From: a virus
IMG/VR virus record: IMGVR_UViG_3300009701_000001
Location: 1-64,000 of that record
Direction: 5' to 3' (one strand)
DNA length: 64,000 nucleotides
The notes below the pieces were generated by a model. The model worked only from the letters and a program-made list of their open reading frames with translations, was not told the origin of the DNA and ran no database searches. Positions within the stretch are counted from its first letter, which is position 1, and each line of letters begins with the position of its first letter. Position numbers and translations under genes: made by a program. Below are positions 1 to 5,935 of the stretch, piece after piece.

Positions 1-227
1 CTTGCTGGTGCGAGTGATGCGAGTTGTGCATCCAGTGCAGCTTTGGCAGTCGAGTACTTCATCTGGTCTTGAATAGAGATGAGAGCAGCGATGTTGGTAG
101 CTTTGGTATCAGCTACGCCAGCCAGTGTATCAGCAGCACGAGTCAGCTTCTCAGCAGCAGAGAACAGGTTGTTAACAGCATTCAGGCCAGTGGTTGCAGT
201 GGTCAACGTTGATTTGATTACAGACAT
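1..227 (-). CDS. hypothetical Ala/Thr-rich protein, 5' part only (gene runs off the left edge)
   Basis: Absent from the ORF track because it has no stop in the window. The reverse complement from ATG at 227-225 reads MSVIKSTLTTATTGLNAVNNLFSAAEKLTRAADTLAGVADTKATNIAALISIQDQMKYSTAKAALDAQLASLAPA... and stays open to position 1. AGGA lies about 10 nt upstream. Codon choice resembles the late genes. Track ORFs 24..212 and 79..312 (+) are its antisense shadows. Confidence 0.55.
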   Translation of the reverse strand, partial: MSVIKSTLTTATTGLNAVNNLFSAAEKLTRAADTLAGVADTKATNIAALISIQDQMKYSTAKAALDAQLASLAPA

Positions 228-507
228 GAGTAGTATCCTATGCATAAGATTCAGATGGGAATTCATCCATCATCATCGCTTTGCGATTAGGTGTGTAGAG
301 ACTCCTTTTTGAGTTCAAAGTGACCGGGGGGTAATCCACATCTGGAAAACAAAAACAGGTAAGTACTGCTAGCGTACCAAGATTAGTAATTTCACTAAAA
401 GTTTCGAAGTGGGATTTACTCTACTTAATTCCACTGGCTTAATATAAATAATACTTAGTCTGCTAACTGTTTTACTGTATAAAATATCACCATAAAAAAT
501 AATAGTA

Positions 508-535
508 TTTACGCTAAAAGTTTTCAGTTTAATGT
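508..535 (+). promoter_or_regulatory. candidate sigma70-type promoter for the terminase operon (TTTACG-16 nt-TAATGT)
   Basis: Hexamers read by eye in the AT-rich 351-nt divergent intergenic region 228-578. No experimental or statistical support. Confidence 0.2.
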
Positions 536-578
536 AGGTGGTATATCATCTATTAAAACCTTAGAGGAACTTAAAACT

Positions 579-1262
579 ATGTCACAGTTAAGCCTTGATG
601 TATTGCGTAACGTTTTACCATCTAACCTTAAGAGTAACCTGACTCAGGGTATGGTAGATAATGTTAACCTGTTTATGACTGACCCTGCTTTTGCTGAGCA
701 CTATCGTAATAACTTGATTAGTTATACGCAGGTGTTAACAACGGGTAAGTATAAAATTAGTAGCTATCTTGATGCTGTTCGATATGTGAGTTTTAAACAT
801 ATGGGACTAACTAATCAGGATTGTTATATCCGTACTTTCCCTGATAAGTATGACCACTTCTTGAAGGCAGGTAAGACAGCTAAAGATATTAGTTCGTTTG
901 TGTATGCCTATAACCAGAACCAGTTAGTGAATGCACTGTTAGAGCAGTCGATGATTCCTGCGTACATTATGCATCAGGATTTGTTTAGTAAGGCTCTTAC
1001 GGTACAGGCTGAGTTAATGAATACGGCCACCAGCGAGAAGGTGAGAAGTGATGCAGCTAACTCTATTCTTAGTCACCTGAAACAGCCTGAGAAGTCCAAG
1101 GTTGAGATTGATGTTAACATCAGCCAGAACAGTGTCATGGATGAGTTGCGTGCAGCTACGGCTAAACTGGTGCAGGAACAGAAGCTAGCAATCACCTCTG
1201 GTGCTAAAACTGCGGGAGAGATTGCAGGGAGTCGTATTATCCAAGGTGAGGTTATTCAATGA
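579..1262 (+). CDS. putative terminase small subunit (positional call only)
   Basis: 227-aa ORF with AGAGGA about 10 nt upstream. Its stop overlaps the large-terminase ATG (ATGA at 1259-1262). It occupies the position of the gene preceding terL in N4-like phages. No motif recognised. Confidence 0.35.
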   Translation: MSQLSLDVLRNVLPSNLKSNLTQGMVDNVNLFMTDPAFAEHYRNNLISYTQVLTTGKYKISSYLDAVRYVSFKHMGLTNQDCYIRTFPDKYDHFLKAGKTAKDISSFVYAYNQNQLVNALLEQSMIPAYIMHQDLFSKALTVQAELMNTATSEKVRSDAANSILSHLKQPEKSKVEIDVNISQNSVMDELRAATAKLVQEQKLAITSGAKTAGEIAGSRIIQGEVIQ

Positions 1263-2872
1263 GTAGTGTATTTGATACACCTCCTGCATTGGAGAAGACT
1301 GTAGAAGATTGGCTAAGGGATGTTTGCTATGCAGATGACCCTTCTTATGTGCCTACTGACTTTGCACTGGAATTCATTAACTTTATTAAGATGGTTAATG
1401 GTGGGGAAGGGGAAGAGAACAAGTCACCAATCCTGCACTATAAGATGCTTGACCAAATTAGTAATGGTGATAGCCGTATCTTAAATATGATTCACAGGGG
1501 AGCTGCAAAGACCACAGTAATGGGTGAATACCTGTTCTTGTACATTGGATGTTATGGTGAAATCCCTGGCTTTGGTAGTGTGGAACTGGCCCTATATGTA
1601 TCTGACTCCGTAGAGAATGGGGTTAAGAACATGCGTAAGAACTTAGAGTTCCGTTGGGAGAATTCAGACTTTCTTAAGATGATGATCCCTACTACACGAT
1701 TCACTGATATCGAATGGCAGTTTACTAACATCAATGGTAACAAGGTTGTTATCAAAGGTTATGGTGCTAAGACTGGGGTGCGTGGTACCAAGTCAATGGG
1801 TAAGCGTCCACGTTTGGCAGTACTGGACGACTTGGTGAGCGATGAAGATGCACGAAGCCAGGTAGTAATCAGTGCCATTGAGGATACGGTTTATAAGGCC
1901 GTGGACTACGCACTGCATACTGAACGTTCCATGATTATATGGTCTGGTACCCCATTTAATGCAGGCGATCCTCTGTATAAAGCTGTCAATGGTGGGGCTT
2001 GGGCAGTTAACGTGTATCCGGTATGTGAACGTTTCCCCTGTACCCGTGAAGAGTTTAGAGGTAGTTGGCCTGACCGATTCACCTATGACTATGTATTGGA
2101 TAAGTACACAAAGGCTTTAAAGGGAGGAAAGATTGCAACCTTCAACCAAGAGCTTATGTTACGTATTATGTCAGATGAAGATCGTCTGATCCAAGATGGT
2201 GATATACGTTGGTACGATTCTAAGAAGTTAAAAGAGAATAAGGGTAAGTATAACTTCTATATCACTACAGACTTTGCAACCAGTGATAAGCAATCTGCTG
2301 ACTTCTCGGTTATATCTGTCTGGGCTGTTAACAATAACAAAGACTGGTTCTGGGTAGACGGTATCTGTGAACGACAGGACATGAGTAAGAACATCAATGA
2401 CCTGTTTAAGTTTGTGACAGAGTATCGACCACAGTCAGTAGGTATCGAAGTATCCGGTCAACAGGGTGGTTTCATCCCTTGGTTACAAGACTTGATGGTA
2501 GACCGTAATAACTTCTTTAATCTGGCTTCAAAGGAAAATAGTAATCAACCGGGTATACGCCCTAACACCAATAAACTGCAACGCTTTAACGTAGTGGTTC
2601 CTTGGTTTAAGGCAGGTAAGATTTATTTCCCTATTGATAAGAAAACTACCAAGCCAGTAGCAGAAGCGATGGATGAACTCACACTGGCTTCATTGGCTGG
2701 CTTTAAGTCTCGTCATGATGACTTCATTGATACCGTATCTATGCTGGCAAACTTGGAAGTTTGGTACCCGTCAGAAGAAAGTAATATAACTAAAGTAGAT
2801 GGTGCTGGTATCTGGGAAGATACTAACGATAATGGATGGGGAAATTCTAGAATGAACTCTTACACCGTATAA
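1259..2872 (+). CDS. terL: terminase large subunit
   Basis: 537 aa. P-loop-like HRGAAKTTVMGE, Walker-B-like RLAVLDDLVSDED, and nuclease-half motifs FYITTDFATSDKQSADFSVISVWA and RHDDFIDTVSM typical of phage large terminases. Translationally coupled to the upstream ORF. Confidence 0.85.
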   Translation: MSSVFDTPPALEKTVEDWLRDVCYADDPSYVPTDFALEFINFIKMVNGGEGEENKSPILHYKMLDQISNGDSRILNMIHRGAAKTTVMGEYLFLYIGCYGEIPGFGSVELALYVSDSVENGVKNMRKNLEFRWENSDFLKMMIPTTRFTDIEWQFTNINGNKVVIKGYGAKTGVRGTKSMGKRPRLAVLDDLVSDEDARSQVVISAIEDTVYKAVDYALHTERSMIIWSGTPFNAGDPLYKAVNGGAWAVNVYPVCERFPCTREEFRGSWPDRFTYDYVLDKYTKALKGGKIATFNQELMLRIMSDEDRLIQDGDIRWYDSKKLKENKGKYNFYITTDFATSDKQSADFSVISVWAVNNNKDWFWVDGICERQDMSKNINDLFKFVTEYRPQSVGIEVSGQQGGFIPWLQDLMVDRNNFFNLASKENSNQPGIRPNTNKLQRFNVVVPWFKAGKIYFPIDKKTTKPVAEAMDELTLASLAGFKSRHDDFIDTVSMLANLEVWYPSEESNITKVDGAGIWEDTNDNGWGNSRMNSYTV

Positions 2873-2882
2873 GGTATCAAAT

Positions 2883-3758
2883 ATGAAATTTACTTTATCA
2901 GACCTGATTGATAACTTGGCAGCAGCTGAACTTAGCTTAACCAATATTGTGGATCAGGTTACTGGCGAAGTATCTCTGGAAACCGTTAATCGCCGGATTA
3001 TACCGGTTCTTAATGCAGCATTAGGCGAACTCCACTCAGAGTTTTTCCTTAAGCGTAAAGAGGTATGGGTACAACTTTGTGAAGGTAAAACCAGATATGT
3101 TCTGGATCGGAAGAATGCAAAGACTGCACACCGTCTAAGGGGCAACCCTAGTATTGATGACTGTGAAGATCCTTTCCATGATGACATTGTAGAGATATTA
3201 AATATCTATGATGAACATGGTGCACAGTTCCGGCTGAACGTGGACACGACACACGAGAGTGCGAAGCACGGAAGTTGTGGATGTGGACACGGAGGCCATA
3301 GCCGTACATGTCGCTTCTACAGTACATTGGACAGACCACGTTCCATTACTACTCGTCACCCTTATGGGGATGCCTGTATCGGGGACTTATACAATCCACA
3401 TACGATTATGACACCTGCTTATAATGTCATTCGTGTGCCGGAAGGTTTAGGTAATCAGTGGATCAGGGTAGTCTACAAGGCATCACCTCGTAGGCTCAAA
3501 AAGATTGAAGATGATGGACTGTACGAACCAGACCGTATCTTTATTGACTTGCCTTACAGTTACTTAATGGCAGTGGTTTATTTTATTGCCCATCGTCTTA
3601 CCAATGCTAACATGCAGGGTGTACAGCAAGGATTCCATGAAGGTAATAACTATTACCAGAAGTATATTTCTGCTTGTGCAATCTTGAAGGATCGTGGGGT
3701 AGATGTGGATAGTGTTGCAGAGTCAGGGCAACGATTCTTGCAGAAAGGTTTCATCTAA
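2883..3758 (+). CDS. conserved virion-module protein of unknown function (position of N4 gp67)
   Basis: 291-aa ORF directly after terL, ending at a bidirectional hairpin. Contains a Cys/His cluster HGSCGCGHGGHSRTC (nt 3267-3311). Function not recognisable. Confidence 0.4.
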   Translation: MKFTLSDLIDNLAAAELSLTNIVDQVTGEVSLETVNRRIIPVLNAALGELHSEFFLKRKEVWVQLCEGKTRYVLDRKNAKTAHRLRGNPSIDDCEDPFHDDIVEILNIYDEHGAQFRLNVDTTHESAKHGSCGCGHGGHSRTCRFYSTLDRPRSITTRHPYGDACIGDLYNPHTIMTPAYNVIRVPEGLGNQWIRVVYKASPRRLKKIEDDGLYEPDRIFIDLPYSYLMAVVYFIAHRLTNANMQGVQQGFHEGNNYYQKYISACAILKDRGVDVDSVAESGQRFLQKGFI

Positions 3759-3761
3759 ACA

Positions 3762-3791
3762 AAGCCCCTTTAATTAGGGGCTTCTTATTTT
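3762..3791. terminator. bidirectional intrinsic terminator between convergent genes
   Basis: AAGCCCCT-ttaatt-AGGGGCTT hairpin (8-bp stem). It is followed by CTTATTTTT on + and preceded by A-rich sequence that gives a T-rich tail on -. Confidence 0.6.
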
Positions 3792-3794
3792 TAC

Positions 3795-4283
3795 TTATGG
3801 TTTAAATGGTTCATGCTTATTGAGGAAAGTAGGTACTTTCAAACCACTAGTAGCTTCATCACTTTCTACATAAAGAAACCAGTCTTTAGAAAGCATATCA
3901 GATTGTGAAGGTGACCAAGGAATGCGGGAACCATTTATTGTATGGAGGGATAGGTAAGGATCAAGCATCTTACTATGCTCATCGGGTTCATGGAGCTGAA
4001 CATAGATGTTCTTACCATGCCATCCATGACGGGACACACGCAACCCTGCTTTAATGCCATCAAGTGCAGTACTAAATGAATGGAACCCTGAGTCCATTAG
4101 TTTTTCAAACTCTGCCTTAGTTTCAGCCTGCTTTTCTTTACGGGTAGGGAACACAGACTTAGTAAGCGCTTCTACCCCATGCAGATACGCATCTAGCCCG
4201 TGGTTTTCTTGGTGTAGTACACCCAGACCTGTAGAGTAAATTGCCTGCTTTAATTCACTACTCAAGTGATCTATTGCTTTCAC
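3795..4283 (-). CDS. DUF2829 (Tad2-family) domain protein with about 70-aa N-terminal extension
   Basis: GTG start at 4283 with AGAGGG 8 nt upstream. The C-terminal half FSTALDGIKAGLRVSRHGWHGKNIYVQL...DPYLSLHTINGSRIPWSPSQSDMLSKDWFLY matches the DUF2829 pattern as I remember it: (A)L..GkkvaRkgW.gk..yi...pyi...t.dg...pW.pSq.DlLa.DW. Confidence 0.6.
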   Translation of the reverse strand: MKAIDHLSSELKQAIYSTGLGVLHQENHGLDAYLHGVEALTKSVFPTRKEKQAETKAEFEKLMDSGFHSFSTALDGIKAGLRVSRHGWHGKNIYVQLHEPDEHSKMLDPYLSLHTINGSRIPWSPSQSDMLSKDWFLYVESDEATSGLKVPTFLNKHEPFKP

Positions 4284-4300
4284 TATTAAACCCTCTTTAG

Positions 4301-4603
4301 TTACTGGTTAGCCAGTTCACATTTTAATTTGTAGCCTTCGAGTTGCCAGATTTTTTCATAGGCATTTTCGTAGGCAAACTGTTCACCCAATTTCTGGTCA
4401 TACTTAGTTGGGTCAACACAAGCACTTACACCTTCTACTTTAAAACCAGATTCAAGGATGATTATACAAATGGTCACCAGATTTAGTTCAGCTAAATCTT
4501 CCTGGTTTCTTGGCTGGTTTGAATTACTCACAGCCTGACCAGCATTGATGTAGTAGACCTGACGGATCTTAGAATCGATTAAGTCTTTGGTTACTGTTGA
4601 CAT
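4301..4603 (-). CDS. N4 gp49 / Sf6 gp66-like protein (PF13876-type), function unknown
   Basis: The core TICIIILESGFKVEGVSACVDPTKYDQKLGEQFAYENAYEKIWQLEGYKL fits the gp49/gp66 family pattern from memory. I moved the start to ATG 4603 (MSTVTKD) with AAGGAA 8 nt upstream. The track start 4636 would run through the terminator hairpin at 4629-4645. Confidence 0.55.
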   Translation of the reverse strand: MSTVTKDLIDSKIRQVYYINAGQAVSNSNQPRNQEDLAELNLVTICIIILESGFKVEGVSACVDPTKYDQKLGEQFAYENAYEKIWQLEGYKLKCELANQ

Positions 4604-4614
4604 TTTATTGTTCC

Positions 4615-4645
4615 TTATAAAAAGAAAAGCCCTCACTAGGAGGGC
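4615..4645 (-). terminator. intrinsic terminator downstream of the tRNA array
   Basis: On the - strand: GCCCTC-ctagt-GAGGGC followed by TTTTCTTTTTAT. Confidence 0.55.
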
Positions 4646-4762
4646 ATCTTAGACAGTTTACGTTTGTCAGACGAGGCTGGCTGCAACTTAACTTAGCTTA
4701 ATACAACTGGCTTGATAGGCCACTAAGTTAGTTACACGATCCTCCGGTAGCGAGTCGGAAGT

Positions 4763-4838
4763 TGGTTGCTTCAACTGGGTTCGAACCAGTGACCTGACGA
4801 TTATCGGTCGTCTGCTCTACCTACTGAGCTATGAAGCA
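4763..4838 (-). tRNA. tRNA-Ile(GAU): tRNA-Ile (anticodon GAU) with atypical C at position 33
   Basis: Hand-folded cloverleaf: acceptor TGCTTCA/TGAAGCA, D arm GCTC-AGTAGGTA-GAGC, anticodon arm GACGA-CCGATAA-TCGTC, variable AGGTC, T arm ACTGG-TTCGAAC-CCAGT, discriminator A, encoded CCA. The loop reads CC-GAU-AA rather than CU-GAU-AA. Confidence 0.7.
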
Positions 4839-4841
4839 ATT

Positions 4842-4916
4842 TGGCTGGAGATCTTGGAATCGAACCAAGTCATACAGGATTCAAAGTCCCGTGCATTCCC
4901 ATTATGCTAATCCCCA
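4842..4916 (-). tRNA. tRNA-Gln(UUG): tRNA-Gln (anticodon UUG)
   Basis: Acceptor TGGGGAT/ATCTCCA (one G-T pair), D arm GCAT-AATGGGA-ATGC, anticodon arm CGGGA-CTTTGAA-TCCTG, T arm CTTGG-TTCGATT-CCAAG, discriminator G, encoded CCA. Confidence 0.8.
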
Positions 4917-4919
4917 ATT

Positions 4920-4994
4920 TGGCGATGAATATAGGATTTGAACCTATGACCTAGTGGTTAACAGCCACTTGCTCTACCGCTGAGCTAATCCATC
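4920..4994 (-). tRNA. tRNA-Asn(GUU): tRNA-Asn (anticodon GUU)
   Basis: Acceptor GATGGAT/ATTCATC (one G-T pair), D arm GCTC-AGCGGTA-GAGC, anticodon arm AGTGG-CTGTTAA-CCACT, T arm ATAGG-TTCAAAT-CCTAT, discriminator G, encoded CCA. Confidence 0.85.
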
Positions 4995-5000
4995 TTAATT

Positions 5001-5077
5001 TGGTCACCATGTAAGGATTCGAACCTTAGACATTCTGCTCCCAAAGCAGACGCTCTACTAGACTGAGCTACACAGTG
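5001..5077 (-). tRNA. tRNA-Pro(UGG): tRNA-Pro (anticodon UGG)
   Basis: Acceptor CACTGTG/CATGGTG (two G-T pairs), D arm GCTC-AGTCTAGTA-GAGC, anticodon arm TCTGC-TTTGGGA-GCAGA, T arm TAAGG-TTCGAAT-CCTTA, discriminator A, encoded CCA. Confidence 0.8.
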
Positions 5078-5105
5078 TTATTTAATTAAACTACTGGCTT
5101 CAATA

Positions 5106-5134
5106 CCTTAATTAAATAGCCCTCGTGTGAGGGC
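5106..5134 (-). terminator. hairpin plus T-rich tail between the MazG-like gene and the tRNA array
   Basis: On the - strand: GCCCTC-acac-GAGGGC followed by TATTTAATT. It uses the same stem sequence as several other hairpins in the window. Confidence 0.45.
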
Positions 5135-5325
5135 ATTTGCTCGTTCGGTAACATGGTAAGCAACCATGACACTCCAGCTTTTAAACCTTTGTGTGGGACT
5201 GGGTATTACCCAGTTAGCATCAAATATCTACGTAAACCATACGCTTTCGCCACGTATGTTTAAAGACTCTCAATGAAAGCCCTTAAACATACCCAACACT
5301 TGCTGGATATGATTATTAACGAATT

Positions 5326-5877
5326 TTACGCAGGAAGTAAAGGGTAGAAATTAGGTAAGGTGAAAGTTACCGGATTCTTAAGGAACTTACCTTTAGGCAC
5401 TGGTTTGCCTTCAACAACTATGTCTCTTAACACACGTACAATTGCTGTAGGGAACTCCCCTTCTATTGCAATAGAACCAATAGGGTAGCCCAAACCATAA
5501 TAGAAGCTTAAAGCTTTTTGACCTTCTTCCTCGTTGCGTACCATCTTCGTATAATTACTGGCTTCAACCAGACCATATACTTCATCACTGTTAAAACCTG
5601 CAACATGGCCGAAACCATAAACTACAGTGAGTAGATCACCAATGGCATCCATACTTTCTGCCATATCAACAGGAAGGGTGTTAACATTAATTGGAACGTC
5701 AACTAATTGATAATCTACGTTCTTACCCTGGTGGGTTGCTTCAACTAATTCAATAGCTTCTTCCAACACAAGAATTGCTTGCTTACGTAGAGCTGCAATG
5801 TTGGGAGAAGTAAGGTCACCTTGTGGGTTACCGAAGGCCACATTTAATTTGGCGACACGTTCCTGAATGGTAGTCAT
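5326..5877 (-). CDS. MazG-like / PRA-PH-like all-alpha nucleotide pyrophosphohydrolase
   Basis: 183 aa. ILVLEEAIELVEA (EExxE metal-binding helix) and DAIGDLLTVVYGFGHVAGFNSDEVYGLVEASNYTKM fit the MazG/HisE-type NTP-PPase fold pattern. The C-terminal KGKFLKNPVTFTLPNF tail is common in phage members. Confidence 0.55.
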   Translation of the reverse strand: MTTIQERVAKLNVAFGNPQGDLTSPNIAALRKQAILVLEEAIELVEATHQGKNVDYQLVDVPINVNTLPVDMAESMDAIGDLLTVVYGFGHVAGFNSDEVYGLVEASNYTKMVRNEEEGQKALSFYYGLGYPIGSIAIEGEFPTAIVRVLRDIVVEGKPVPKGKFLKNPVTFTLPNFYPLLPA

Positions 5878-5935
5878 TTGTACATCCTTTCTGGTTTAAT
5901 AGGCAAAATTTATAACCGCTATAATAAGAGGCTAC
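5878..5935. promoter_or_regulatory. divergent control region between the accessory islet and the portal gene
   Basis: A 58-nt AT-rich spacer between divergent starts. On + it has TATAAC (5911-5916) and TATAAT (5920-5925) followed by the AAGAGG SD. On - it has TATTAA followed by an AAAGGA SD. No convincing -35 in either direction. Confidence 0.3.

Noticed and set aside
4604-4636. Longer start (MRAFLFIRNNK...) for the gp49-like gene; similarly 39411-39473 for thyX and TTG 42720 for the tailspike
   Set aside because: The extensions run through terminator or leader hairpins or use TTG. The internal ATGs have proper SD sequences at correct spacing.
5153-5263. 36-aa + strand ORF (MVSNHDTPAFKPL...) in the non-coding stretch
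   Set aside because: It has no SD, lies on the wrong strand for the local transcription unit, and overlaps the hairpins. It is treated as non-coding.
5920-5925. Perfect TATAAT as the portal promoter -10
   Set aside because: It lies only 10 nt before the ATG, so a transcript from it would lack the AAGAGG SD. The TATAAC at 5911-5916 is a more sensible, though unproven, candidate.
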